Assembly (NCBI RefSeq): GCF_000143415.4
Contig: NW_003314263.1
Coordinates: forward strand, 4,219,628 to 4,283,627
Length of the DNA: 64,000 nucleotides
Reading direction: 5' to 3'
Source of the DNA: Selaginella moellendorffii
Lineage: Eukaryota > Plantae > Lycopodiophyta
Shown here piece after piece: positions 46,557-59,604 of this stretch. The translations under genes and the position numbers were made by a program. The notes below the pieces were generated by a model. It ran no database searches, was not told the DNA's origin, and worked only from the letters and a program-made list of their open reading frames with translations. Numbering within the stretch: the first letter of the stretch is position 1; the number at the start of each line of letters is the position of its first letter.

Positions 46557-47338
46557 ATGCGTGCTCTCCTCCGCGCGTGCTCGTATGGGCGGCATTTGGG
46601 ATCGTCGCAGGCTCTAGCATTCCAGGCGCGATTTCTTGCGGATCGGGGCCTGAATAGGAAGGATTACACGGATCCGGGGTACCAGGCGTCGGGCTACATC
46701 AATCCTAGCTGGTACAGTAGCACGCATGAGGGGCGATTCAAGAATCCCTACCCTAGGGCGCCGCTCTACTGCGGGAACACTATCGACGAAGAGGAGCTGG
46801 CCAAGAAGATGAAGAAGAAGAAGCGCATTGGCGATGCGCGCAAGCAGTATGAGGAATCCAAGGCCAAATCGGGTGAGCCAGAGGCGCGGGTCTATAGATT
46901 TAATCGCGGAGAGAGCGATCGACGTAGCAGTGATAGTGGCGAACCATGGGAGGTGGAGGACGATGATTTGCTTGGGCAGCCGCGAAACAGGGAGTTACCT
47001 CCCAAAGTCTCTGTTTTGAACGAGGATACTCCAGAGCTAGAAATTCTCCAGGAGGAGGAGAAGAAGAAGAAGAAGAAGAAGCCACCCAAAAAAAAGAGGC
47101 TTTTCAAGGGGAGGATCGAGACGGACTATGCGGATTTCAACTATAGTAACAGTGGTTTGGATGAATACACCAACAGGATCAAGGAAAAGGAGGACAACAA
47201 GATCAAGGAACTGGAAGAATTCCTGGCGATGAAGAAAGCTCGAGAGGTAAGTCATATCTTTTGCTTGCAAAGGTTTTTTATTTCTACTTCTTTTCTGTGT
47301 AGAAAAAAACCGAAGGTGATGGAGATCATACCATCTGA
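46557..47338 (+). CDS. Unknown putative mitochondrial protein (ADRG-motif family), exons 46557-47246 and 47303-47338
   Basis: Long ORF; GTAAGT donor and TGTAG acceptor; shares two motifs with the genes starting at 42879, 49971 and 58022. Confidence 0.7.
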
Positions 47339-48289
47339 CCACCAGAATACGCTTGGCCGATTCTCCAGTTAGCAGGGACAACGTCGTATGCCGTCACAGT
47401 TTTTCCAGTCGTGAAGGAGGTGACCATGAAAGAAAGGCTTTGGCCATGGAGCGATTTGAAAACCTGGAATCCAACTCCCCAGTTGCGTGACATTGGTAAC
47501 CAGCCAGTTTTGGATCCTTTAACAGCCATTCTTTTGATGTCGCCAGGCCCTCCAACGTTGCTCACGAAGACAATGAGCCACCAGCGATTGCCTTTGAGCT
47601 CGAACTTGATCCCACCTTTCCTCCGACAAGGCACCCTGCAAGACAAGGTTAGTCTTCGAGCTTGGGACAGTCGATTCACTCCACAGGGCCGCGTACCTTC
47701 TGTAGCGAACAGGAACTATTCCGGCTCTCCAGTAGGCAATCTTCGAGAAGGCAGGCTTGGACATGTCAAAGTGGATTCGCGGGGGATTACACCAGCCACC
47801 ATTGTTGGATGGTTTATACCAGTTTGGCGGACAGAGATTGGTGGCAGTGACGATGGTGGAGCCGGGATAGCAATGCTTGGACTGTGTACAAGATATCTCG
47901 TAGCAGCCTCCACAACCATAGCCGCTGTTGAAGAGGACGGTGCTCAGTGCAGTGGTATCAGTGCCGTATCCTTGCGAGTACAGGTTCCCGTATCCACAAG
48001 CTCCTCCTGGAAGAAAAGACGTGAAGTTTAGCCAAGTTCAAATGGAAGCTAGAACAGGATCATGGTGCTAAACGAAGGAACAAACAAAGCAGGGACGAGG
48101 AGGAGGAGTTCTATCTGGTGACTTGCCCATGGTTTCGAGAGCGTCGTATTCTCCGTAAAAGGTCGCGTGAGCATATCTCCAGAGGCCTCCTTTGTATCTG
48201 GATGGAGTGGAGTAAGAAGAACTATAAACTGCTGCTACTGCGAGTGCTTGGATCGCCAGAAGAATGCTTGCAACCAGCGCTAAGATCAT
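47326..48289 (-). CDS. EXPA: Alpha-expansin (three exons)
   Basis: Signal peptide, AHATFYG..TMG|[54 protein letters not shown]. Confidence 0.95.
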
Positions 48290-48637
48290 CGCAAAATTCC
48301 GGTCTGGGGATGAAACGGCGGTGATCCTCTCTTTGGTTTTGTGACACTTGCGAGCGATGTGCCATGAACGAGGCAGACAACGCACGTAGTTTTTCTAGAG
48401 CAGTACTTGGTCGTACTGCCACGTCGTGTCCACCATGGCGCCATATCGGGCTGTGTTGTCACATCGTGTCCACGTCGGACTATTTGCTAGTGCTGGGATT
48501 CGAACCGCCGCCGCGTGCTGCTACACTGCCACGTCCTTGCCACGTTGGACAGATCCGTGCACGTCATAGTCTCTTTGGGAAGATCAAGCTTGAGAGAAGC
48601 GAGCGATCGATCAGTTCGTCAATCCCGAGAGGAAAAG

Positions 48638-49078
48638 ATGGATTTCGTTCCCAATGCTCCTCGCCTGGTAGGTCCAGCAGGTGATTCCGGGGGATTCTTC
48701 GCAGATCTGTTTGGATCGGCTCCATCGGGCTCTCTGGTGCCCTCGTCTCGCCACGACGCCGTCGCCCACACCGCCGCAGAGCTCAAGCTGTCCTCCTCCT
48801 CCTCCTCCCCCACGGGAGGGCACCAATCCAAGAAATGCTCCATGGTGCCGCACAACAGGCCCGCGATCAGCATCCTCCCCGGCGAATCGATCAAGCTGGA
48901 TCACAATGGCCTGCTGCTGCCGTCGCCAGGATCGCCATCGCACTCGTCGCCTCTCCTTGCCGCGGCTGCCTCGCCCTCGCCCTCGCCCGCCAAGAAGGCT
49001 TCCAGACCTCTGGCCACCGCTGCCGTCGATGCCGATGCTACCAACAAAATCGACGGCGCTGCTCAGCCCCTTGCCTGA
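48638..49078 (+). pseudogene. GC-rich N-terminal gene fragment (Ser/Pro-rich), ending at the duplication breakpoint
   Basis: Coding-like ORF MDFVPNAPRL...AQPLA stops immediately before the duplicated block begins at 49081. Family not recognised. Confidence 0.4.
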
Positions 49079-49371
49079 GAGGTAAGAAAATCTTCCTTTG
49101 CTCTCTCTGGTAATTTCTCCAAAGTTTGTGGTCTCTCGCAGTTTAACTACCTGGATCTGTCGACACTACCTACATACATACGTACACACTACAAGTACCT
49201 TGTACATAGTTTTCTCCTCCAATGCTTGTCTTGTTTGCGCTATAAGCTCTTCTAACTTTCCTGTGTTGCTACAAAAGCTTCGAGCACTGATAGATTCGTT
49301 GGAGCCTTCTTGTGTTCTTTCCATCGCTACAAACGCTCCGAGCATTGATAGATTCGTTCAAGACATCTATA

Positions 49372-49971
49372 TCACTTGTGGAGCTGCCAAAAGAACTTGT
49401 GAGGATCCGAAACAGAAGGAATCGAATGCCGCACACTCACCTTGTCTCGTCCCAGCTTCTTCTTCCTGTCCATCTCCTTTATAGTGTGCTCGTCCAGGCC
49501 GCTTCCCTCGTACTCAAACCCGGTATAGTCCTTGAAAGCTCGGCTCATGAGCATCTTCCTCTTGTTGTCGATCTTTCGCTTGCGCCCGGAGAGATCAAAC
49601 GCCTCGGGGAGCTTTCCCGCAAGCTTTGGAGATCGAGCGAGCTTTCGCTCCTCTCCTCCCTCTTTGGATGCAGCATTGCTGGCGGTGGTACTAATACGCG
49701 CCCTCCTCAGCCTGGCCCTGTAAGCGCGCTCGTCCTCGTCGAAGCCCGAGAAGACTGGCGCGTGGGTGAAGTCGCGGGCCTCCTTGAATCGATGGAGCGC
49801 CGTGCTGCGGAAGCAATTCTCGCTGATGTAGCCCTCCTCCTGGAACCCCCGATCGCTGAAGTCCCTGCGCGTGAATCCCTTGTCAGCGAACCATCGCCGA
49901 GGCAAGTGGAGCGATCGGAGCTGCCTCAACAAGCCCCCCACAGCCGCCTTACCTCCACCTCCTCGCAGCAT
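49372..49971 (-). CDS. Unknown putative mitochondrial protein (ADRG-motif family), intact copy
   Basis: MLRGGG..RRWFADKGFTRRDFSD..; probable 57-nt phase-0 intron (GTGAGT...GGCAG) before the last codons LHK*. Confidence 0.7.
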   Translation of the reverse strand: MLRGGGGKAAVGGLLRQLRSLHLPRRWFADKGFTRRDFSDRGFQEEGYISENCFRSTALHRFKEARDFTHAPVFSGFDEDERAYRARLRRARISTTASNAASKEGGEERKLARSPKLAGKLPEAFDLSGRKRKIDNKRKMLMSRAFKDYTGFEYEGSGLDEHTIKEMDRKKKLGRDKVSVRHSIPSVSDPHKFFWQLHK

Positions 49972-50613
49972 TCTCTCATCATCAGCCCTAAAAGGTCACA
50001 TTGGAGGAATCGATAGCCCTAAATTCTAGGAATATGCTCAGGGTTGGTGGCACTTTCCAACACCTTGACGAAAGTGTTGACGTCGCCCCACAAGCCCAGC
50101 CCACATTGCATGACCAGAATCCACAGGCAAACGCTCAAATCCACCGCCCAGCCCAGCCTCGACAGGGATTTGGAGCCTCCGTGCCACAAGAGACGAAGAG
50201 CGGCTTGATCCCATGAATTTGTTGCGGACATGGGAGAATGAAAAGTGATGAGAGACTATCTTCTTCACTTACCGTGTTCCATCCAAACGCATCTAGGACG
50301 AAAGACTCACGTGGTCCCCGTATCTTGGTCTCCACAGAGACAGACAAGTTTTGAGCGAGAGTGTATCACCTCTTAAGGTATGAGCACTTGGGAGAGGGTC
50401 TCGTGACTCGGTGGCCTCTCGAGTCTTCTCTTTAGAAGTTTCTACATGACTTCAATGGAGCTCGAGAGCATTCGCAATTGGGCTTTCCTTTTCCATGTGG
50501 GATGGAGCTTTGATAGAGGACTTTCACTGACCTTTCAGCGAGAATCAAGGCATGAACTCTTTGACCAGATTTTTTTATAAGGGCCTTCGTCTGAGCGGGA
50601 TGTCGAGATAGAT

Positions 50614-52048
50614 ATGGAGGACCAAGCTCTTGAGGTGGAGGGGCAGAGCCTCGATCAAAATGATCAATCACAAAACAAGCTACAAAGGAGCTCATTCCTA
50701 CATGCAACATTCAACAGTGTCAGTGCCATACTTGGTGAGTGATAAATCGTGATTGACGATATTCTTCTTGATTTGAAATGCTTCAAGCAAGCTGCCTTGA
50801 TTCTTTGCAGGGATTTCTTTCCTCACCACACCCTACGCTCTCGAGCAAGGTGGCTGGCTGGGTTTGAGCATCCTGTTCGCGTTTTCAGTGATATGCTGCT
50901 ATACTGCCTATGTTCTTGGTCGCTGCCTCACCCCAAATGGATCATACAACACAATTGCCGAGACTGCCTTCGGTTCCAGAGCTCGCCTTCCCTTCACCTT
51001 GCTGGTTCAATTCGAGATGATAGCAGTGTTGGTGGGCTACACGATTTCCATGGGTGACAATCTTGCCAGGCTATTCCCTCATGCTACTCTTCGGATCTCA
51101 GCTCTTGAGATTGGCCCTTCCAAGGTGCTGCTTTTCATAGCGTTCCTCGTTGTTCTTCCAACAGTCTGGCTGAGAAACTTGGCATGGATATCGTATCTAT
51201 CTCTATTTGGTATTGTTACGTACATGATCATCACGGTTACGATGATTTATGCCGGAGCTGGATTAGGTATCGGGTTTCACCACTCCGTTCCACACTTGAG
51301 ACCGGAAAACTTGCTCAACATCGCGGGAATCTATGCCTACTGTTTTGCGGCTCACTGTGCTCTTCCTAGTGTTTATACGTCGCTCAAGAATCCCTCCAAC
51401 TATGCTACCATTTTTATCGACTGACATGGAGATGTAAAACTAAACTTCGTACTGGATTTCTAGGTGTTGGTTCTCAGTTTTATGACCTCCACGATGATAT
51501 ACATTGGATTCGCGTTTCTAGGAGGAACCATGTTTGGGGACTATACACTTCCGCAAGTATCTCTAAATATTCCCACACACTTGGTTGCTGCCAAGCTTGT
51601 GCTATGGCTGGTTGTTCTCCTTCCGTTCAGCAAGTATTCGCTATGCCTTGCTCCCATAGCTCTCGATATTGAGAGCAAATTCCCGTGGCCCAATACTTCG
51701 AGATGTTTTGTGGCATCCAGCATGCTTCTCAGGACCGGTTTCATGGCCTTCATTTTTTTGTTGGCTATGGTTTTTCCATACTTCGAAACCATGGTGGCAT
51801 TTATAGACTCTGCCTCGGGCATGCTCGTAGCTGTGATCCTTCCTTCGTTGTTTTACTTGAGAATATATAGAAACGCGATGCCAAAGTGGGAGGCCCGAGT
51901 CAACTATGCCATCTTGGCTGTGGGAACTGCGGTGGGCATGGCTGGAACCATCGCGTCCATCATCAATTTTGTGCACCGCATAAGATCATATCATCATCCA
52001 GGTAACTCGTCATTTGAAGAATCTTCAAATAAAAAGATGACAGAGTGA
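50614..52048 (+). pseudogene. AVT1-like amino acid transporter, damaged copy
   Basis: Near-identical to 59605-60987, but the second-intron donor is lost (TATGCTACCATT vs TATGCAAAG|GTT), FIGS is changed to FIDS, and the original stop is lost. Confidence 0.75.
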
Positions 52049-52838
52049 GTTATATAGCTTATGATGGCATTAATTCTAATTTATTCTACAGAATTCTTGC
52101 AGACTTTCACCTAACATGCTAGATAACCGTAGAGCAGCAAGGAAAGAACATTCAAGAAGCCTTTCAAGATCCTACTCTTTATTTTGTAGGAAATTCAACA
52201 GTTGGCTCTCCGAATTTGCAGCATGCCGGGACTGCATTGCAATGTGTTGGGATTTCTCCTATCCAAGATGTGTGCAAGTATGCACAGATTTTTGAGGATG
52301 TTTAGAAGGTAGTGGATCTACAAGTGATAGACACTGCTTGATTCTTATTATAATGAGGCTTATAACATTAACTTTTGCTAAACAATAGACTATGGCTGGT
52401 TTAGTAAAGGGATGATAAAACATGTATGGTTGTAAAACTCAGTTCTCATGAGATTCTTACAACTTTCTTCTGAAAGTCTTCATGTTTTGCCTTTGTGCTT
52501 CGCAAATCTTCCTCAGCTTGCTTGAGCTATATAAATAGGAACAATGTCTGTCATATGTAAGGTTAAAAACAACAACCTTCAAGTGATGTTCTTGTTAGGA
52601 ATGGAAGGGGCAAAATCCTTGAGGATCAACGCATTAGTTTTGGCAGGGTTGGCAACTACCAATTCCAAATTCCAAATGCTGATACGTTTTATATTTAGAT
52701 GTTACCTGCAAGTCCTTGGCAGCACACTTTTCAAGAGCAGAAGCTTGAGACTTCTAGATGGAGATAGACTATGCCATCAGGACTTTCAAGGAGGGGCTGC
52801 CTGTTTTGTTCCATAGAGATCTGAGCTAAGTCAGCAAA

Positions 52839-54236
52839 ATGAACACAAGAAAAAGACGAGCAATAATAGAACTAGTTTTGAGCATTCCTGAAAGTGTGAA
52901 TAACACGAATGCACCATACATTAACATACCAATAAATCACTATATACAAAAGAGAATGGGGCTCCTAAACACAAATCATGAAGGAAACTGTGAAGAAAAC
53001 TACATAGGGCCAATAGACAAACAATATGTCTATTATAAAGCTTTCCATTTTAATGGAGAAACAAAATCACAATGCTATCATCACGGCCGTGTCCAAATAA
53101 AAAATAGAAACCATTTCCCTGAATTGATCCAGAGGTTGCTAGAAGGTAATTCAAACTAGCAAAATTTCAAAGAACTAATAAGGAACTATAATAGTGCTCT
53201 AGCATTTGCTTCCATGGGAGCAAACATTGAAGAATTTTCGGGTGGCGGACCATACTACTTTAAGATACACAGTCAAGTGTATCACCATATGGGCAGCTTC
53301 AGACCACGAGACGATCAAGAGGCAATGTATTTACAACTCTATATTCTAGATACGGCACAAGCAACAGCAACAAGAATGAGAAATATGCATAACAAAAAAT
53401 GTGACTGGGAACTAATGTAAAGATTAGATGTTCTCTTACGAGAAATCAATCCCTATGCAAAAGCATTCAAGATGTTGCATGAACTTGAGAATGAGATGTC
53501 TCTTTCATTGTCATGTACATCAAGGGAGAGAGCACAACAGATCCTTGAAGATACAATGCACCGTGTTCAAATGAAGTTGCTGCCATTTTTACAAATCCAA
53601 GCGGGAACCCACCATTTGACCATAGTATAGCAGTCTATCCAAAGGAAGAATTAATGCAGGAAATATCAATCATTTCATCATGTTGTGACCCTATTATTTA
53701 CCCAATTCTTTTTCCCAGTGCTCAAACATATAATGCTGCATACGGGACATTCCAATAGCAGAATGATGAGTCATGTTGTAAGCGTACTCAGCATGAGCCA
53801 ACCAGCGTGAAGGTGTATGCATGTAGAAGAGCCTCTAGAGTGTGATTGGTCAAATGATATAAAATACATAGATAACAGCAATACACTTAAATGTTGTAAT
53901 GTCACAATGATGGAGTTTTATCAACACAAATTTGCTATATGGGGCATATGTCACAATGGCATAAGAAGCATATATTTCAACCTTGTGTTGACAACAGGAA
54001 AACTCACACAACAATACATGGTCGATACATACACCAAGATTGAAGGTGGCCGACTAACATGGATAAGAAACCACCAACGTGAGCTACATGCTGAAGCATA
54101 CGGTGGCCTCTTAGATTTCATGAAAAACAGAGCCGAACAGCAAAGGGTACATGCTGGAAAACTAATAATACTTCCATCCTCATTCACTGGAGGCCCACGA
54201 CAGATGAATCAAAACTACCAGGATGCTATGGAATAG
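52839..54236 (+). mobile_element. Helitron Rep/helicase N-terminal remnant
   Basis: NYNSALAFASMGANI..GGGPYYFKIHSQVYH, YLQLYILDT, QQYMVDTYTKIEGGRL, ILPSSFTGGPRQMNQNYQDAM; multiple stops. Confidence 0.9.
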
Positions 54237-55409
54237 AATTCTAATTTATTCTAATAGAATTCTAGTCTATTGTCTAAGCCCTAAACCCTGCAAGATGGAC
54301 CTTTGTAACCTTAAAAGCAATATAGTCACTTCTTTTTAATGCTAAGCCTTCATTTTCATCTTTCAAGAGGTCTGAAAACAGATCATCTGCTTCCAAATAT
54401 AAGCGTCTTCCAGAGCCTTCTTTGATAGAATCATTGCCCCCACCAATGAAAGTTCCCATGTAAGTCAATGCTCAAAGTGCCTAAGAAAAAGATGCCTCGA
54501 GATAAACAAATCACAAATGTTAATGAGCATATCACCTCAAGTGCTAGGTTCTTTCAAATGTTCCCCGGGTTTCCATGCAAAGATCCGCATTGTTCTAGAC
54601 TCTGACCAAAACTGCATAAAAGCTTCACATGCTTCAACATCAGAAATCTAGTCATAGCTCGGAAATACTCACTTGGCAGATCCAGAAGAGCCAAGAACAG
54701 CTGCAAATTTGACAACTGCAAAACTCATAAACTTAGACATTATCTTCTTGAAGCCAATTGTCATGTATGCTTGACTGTGGCAGTGCTTGCCTTTTGTTTG
54801 AAGCATCAGAGAGCTTCAAGAAACTTAATCTCCAATGTGTATGACTGTAATACATTCCAAGCAAGGTTGTCAGTAATCTAGAGAAGAAGAAAAGAGAATA
54901 CAGATGTTTGCTGGGGAGCTAAAAGCATCAAAATAGAAAACTCACCTCCTCAATCACTGCCACTTGGCTCACTATTCTCAACACTGAGAACTTGCCAGTG
55001 GATAGATGGACTCGCTGAGGTTAAGCCTGTGCAAGCCAACCAAGGTAGCTTGGCCAGTGACTCTAGAATGGGATCCAGCTTGTTGTCACTGAGCCATTGC
55101 ACATGAAAATGCATTCAGTTTGGCTACAAACAATATGTGAAAGCTTTCTAGCTCAAACTTAAGAGTGCCATACCATTGTTTGGCATGAAGAACTGGAAGA
55201 AATCAGCTTGACTGAGGAAGACAATGTTCAGTCTGCAGCGAACTTGACAAGATGGTATGTAGTGAGCTGCTTTCATTAGAGGTAGTGCTGAGCTTGGCAT
55301 ATAGCAGCAGAGATAGATTCAAGCAACCTCTTCAAGTGCATTATTGCAATCTCTCAACAAGCTGAATAGCAAAGTAGAGGATCCGTTAGTAGCAAAGAGC
55401 AAGAAAGGA

Positions 55410-55810
55410 AGTCTGGATTACCATGTTAATGTAGGCTATGCCATCAAGACTTTCAGGGAGGAGCTGCCTCTTCTGTTCCACGGAGATCTGAGCTATCAGA
55501 TATACAGGAGAATGAAGTAAACATAGAGTGGCTTATCTTGTTTGGTGCAGAGAGGACATCTCTTTCAGAGATCCTGTAAACTGCTTTCACAAACTTACAA
55601 GTTTATTGTACAGGTGCTCCAGCTGAATGGTAAAATGCTTTTCAAGTCGATCTGGGTGGAAATCTTGAGCGCCTGGCAGCCTTTGGACAGCACTATTGTG
55701 ATCAGATGGTCTGTTCATGATTCCACAAGTGCCATGGGAAGTCAGAGATCTCTTTGACGGCATCTTTGAGTACAAACTGGACAGTAAAGGAAAGATTCAT
55801 ATATAACACA
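55410..55810 (+). pseudogene. DUF2358 / SnoaL-like plant gene fragment (short second copy at 52768-52829)
   Basis: NVGYAIKTFREELPLLFHGDLSYQIY..EDISFRDPVN..KSIWVEILSAWQPLDSTIVIRWSVH..DGIFEYKLDSKGKIH; frameshifted. Confidence 0.65.
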
Positions 55811-56009
55811 AGGACCAATGTAATCATGCAGCGAACCTCATGGTGTGCAGCCGTTCCTAGAAAAATGCATTGAAAAAAACTGATTTACCCTAAAAAAAAC
55901 ATTTCAACCTCAACTGTTTTTTTGCAATGTGTTTTCATCTCCACCATTATTAAACTCGAAAAGAATCTCAATTAAATATGTCGCCCTTGCTCTTTTAAAT
56001 ATAGAAAGA

Positions 56010-56036
56010 CTAGCAAAAGTCCCAGCTACGCTGGGA
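56010..56036 (-). mobile_element. Helitron 3' terminus (hairpin plus CTAG)
   Basis: Minus strand TCCCAGC-GTA-GCTGGGA hairpin, then CTTTTG-CTAG followed by target T. Confidence 0.75.
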
Positions 56037-56984
56037 GCATCATGTTTATTCCTGATGTTTTAGTAATTTCAAAAAGTTGTAATTGTAATTGTAATTTTTA
56101 ACATAATCATTATTATGGCATACAATTAAACATAATATAATATTTATATTGAAAGTTCCTTGTACATAATTTATGCTTAATATATAAATTATTGTTATAT
56201 TATAACATGCTATATTATAATGTATATATAAATTTTTGTTTTTAGTATCATGATTTTTATGATATTAAAATATTATAGAATAAGTTATTAATATCTTAAC
56301 TTTTAATTTATAGTATAATTTGTGTAACCAGAAGCCCATGCATGCATTGTCAAAGTGTGGAATACAAATAGATTTCCTATTCTATCTACATGATCAACAA
56401 GAAATAGATGTGACTCACTTAATGCTAGCTTGTAATAGTGTTGGCTGGATGGTGTCACCCTAATAACTTGGATATGAGCATACATCACTTTTTTCTCCAT
56501 GGCAAGTTGGCACATTGTGGCAGCATTACATCTTGAATTTCTATCAGATCCTCATCACTATTAAGCTTCAAAAAAGCTAATTAGCTCACTACCCTGGCTT
56601 GAATTACCCTAATGCCTGGCTAGATAAAGAAGATATATCTTAGCCCACATATCAATGTAGAGTTCAAATGGCCAGTCCCGCATGTAGAGCTTCCACATTG
56701 GAAACACATCTGCTTTCCATTGAAAAAAAATGCGAAGGAGAAGAACATGATAATGTGTTGAGAGAAAAAATACAAGAAACAACCTTATGTTTCTTTCAGT
56801 TAGATTCACTGTTTGTTTCAGAGTTCAAGTAAAAAAGGTTACTCACGAAAAAAATAGCAGATTGTATAATTTATGATGTTGAAGTGTTCAGAGACACTTT
56901 CATACTTCGCATTTATACATTTTTATAAGTACTTAAATGTATTTTCTAATATAATACCTGCAGTCAAAAAAGTTATATGTGTAT

Positions 56985-57165
56985 TAATACGAAATTATAA
57001 TAGTGCATTAGCATTTGCATCAATAGGTGCAAACATTGAAGAGATTGCAGTAGGTGGCCCTTATTATTTTAAAATACATGGACAGGTTTATCATAATATT
57101 GGTTTATTCACAGTTATATATTTTAGATACTGCTCAAGCAACAGAAATAAATATGGTAAATAAGT
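56985..57165 (+). mobile_element. Second Helitron Rep fragment
   Basis: IRNYNSALAFASIGANIEEIAVGGPYYFKIHGQVYH then LQLYILDTAQA; AT-richer paralogue of 53180-53370. Confidence 0.8.
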
Positions 57166-58021
57166 ATTGAAATAATAAAATCAGTGATATGATTTGTGAT
57201 TTTTCGAGAACATTTGCTTGTGCTTCATCAGCATTTCACTTGACAAGTTCTTGTCAACTCATCCATGATGTGTTGCATTTTATCTAACACTTATTTTGCT
57301 TTTACTTTTGATTGTTGCCTACTTGACGGTTTGTTTGCATGGTTGGTTGTGTAGAATTTATTGTCTTTATCCATCTTCCTCTTGCCACTTTTTATGCTTA
57401 GAAACTTAATACATACATAGGTAGACTTCATGTTTATATTAAGCATTAGTCCTTAATTCTTACCATCACATCTCACCATTGTAGAGTTATCATTCTCCAT
57501 CTCTTAAAAAATTTGGAGAGGTATTTTTTGAATCAACCTAACTTCTTTTGAGCCATCCATCAAAATTCTTATTCAGTTTCTATATAATACTTGTGCTAAC
57601 AGTGCATATACACGTGACTTAGATAGAAAATAAAGAGATAGTTTGAATTCAAGTCTCGGCAATAATGAAGCTCCTACAAAGCACAGAACTCATATGCTCA
57701 CACTTCACACTTAAGCATATCCATCGCCACCTTTTGATCATCTCTCCAAGTCCTTGTGAACTTTACAGGCACTAAGCAGTCACTAAGAAGTGAATGACAT
57801 TCTCTTGATGAACCTATCTGCATCTTGTATTAGTTTAGTTCTCTTGAGAAAGTCTGCCACAGTACGTGCTCGTGTGATAAGTCCACATTATCCACATTCT
57901 CATTATCATCAGGATCATACAAGAGTGGAAGTGCCTGGAAATTTAGAAGCAGAGAAGACATTGTTCAAGTTATTACTTTCTGATCATCCCAATGTAGCCT
58001 TTTAGGGCTGATGACGAGAGA

Positions 58022-58615
58022 ATGCTGCGATGAGGTAAAGCGGCTGTGGGCGGCTTGTTGAGGCGGCTCCGATCGCTCCACTTGCCTCGGCGATGGTTCG
58101 CTGACAAGGGATTCACGCGCAGGGACTTCAGCGATCGGGGGTTCCAGGAGGAGGGCTACATCAGCGAGAATTGCTTCCGCAGCACGGCGCTCCATCGATT
58201 CAAGGAGGCCCGCGACTTCACCCACGCGCCAGTCTTCTCGGGTTTCGACGAGGACGAGCGCGCTTACAGGGCCAGGCTGAGGAGGGCGAGTGTTAGTACC
58301 ACCGCCAGCAGTGCTGCATCCAAATAGGGAGGAGAGCGAAAGCTCGCTCGATCTCCAAAGCTTGCGGGGAAGCTCCCCGAGGCGTTTGATCTCTCCGGCC
58401 GCAAGCGAAAGATCGACAATAAGAGGAAGATGCTCATGAGCCGAGCTTTCAAGGACTATACCGGGTTTGAGTTCGAGGGAAGCGGCCTGGACGAGCACAC
58501 TAGAAAGGAGATGGCGAGGAAGAAAAAGAAGCTGGGACGGGACAAGGTGAGTGTGCGGCATTCGATTCCTTCTCTTTCGGATCCTCACAAGTTCTTTTGG
58601 CAGCTCCACAAGTGA
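58022..58615 (+). pseudogene. ADRG-motif family gene, copy with premature stop
   Basis: Near-identical to 49372-49971, but GAG is changed to TAG at 58325. Confidence 0.8.
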
Positions 58616-58829
58616 TATAGATCTCTTGAACGAATCTATCAATGCTCGGAGCGTTTGTAGCGATGGAAAGAACACAAGAAGGCTCCAACGAATCTATCAG
58701 TGCTCAAAGCTTTTGTAGCAACACAGGAAAGTTAGAAGAGCTTATAGCGCAAACAAGACAAACATTGGAGGAGAAAACTATGTACAAGGTACTTGTAGTG
58801 TGTACGTATGTATGTAGGTAGTGTCGACA

Positions 58830-59528
58830 GATCCAGGTAGTTAAACTGCGAGAGACCACAAACTTTGGAGAAATTCCCAGAGAGAGCAAAGCAAGATTTC
58901 TTACCTGTGGACATCCCGGCTACGTGGGAAGCCATGGAAGAATGCTTTCGAAAGGGGCTGGCCAAGGCAATCGGTGTGAGTAACTTTAGCACGAAAAAGC
59001 TGCACGACTTGCTTCAACATGCAAAGATCACTCCTGCAGTGGATCAGGTAACACCATGATCTTCAAGAAAACTTCTACCAAGTTGTGTTGTCACTCTTCA
59101 AGGTTGAGTTACATCCATTGCGGCAGCAAGAGCAGTTGAGAGACTTGTGCAAGAGAAATTGTGTCCAAGTGATTGCTTGGTCACGGTCTTGGCAAGCCTT
59201 GGGGAAGCAAATCCGTACTAGAGCATCCTGTTATCCAGGAAATCGCTCTAAAGCACCACAAATCTCCTGCTCAGGTACATGGTTTTCTTGATTCCCGTTA
59301 AGTTTCATTCATCCATGCGTACAGGTGATCATACGATGGCTCACGGAAATCCATGTAGCTCCCGTTGTCAAGAGCTACAACTCCCAGAGACTGCTGGAAA
59401 ACATTAATAGCTTCGATTTCAGCTTGGCAGGCGGGGACCATAAACGAATCGAGAGCATCGCACAGGAAAGGATTTTCACTACCAGTCCTTACAAGTCACC
59501 GTTTGAGCTATGGGATGGAGAGATTTGA
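58830..59528 (+). pseudogene. Aldo-keto reductase (AKR4-like), C-terminal half, frameshifted
   Basis: [29 protein letters not shown]|VELHP, KSPAQ|VIIRW, VKSYN..RL.EN, ELWDGEI*; N-terminal catalytic half is missing. Confidence 0.85.
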
Positions 59529-59604
59529 ATGCCATCATAAGCTATATAACGCTGTCATCTTTTTATTTGAAGATTCTTCAAATGAAGAGTTACCTGGATG
59601 ATGA

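Noticed and set aside
56580-56620. SSQGSE helicase-like motif on the minus strand near the Helitron end
   Set aside because: Too short and surrounded by stops.
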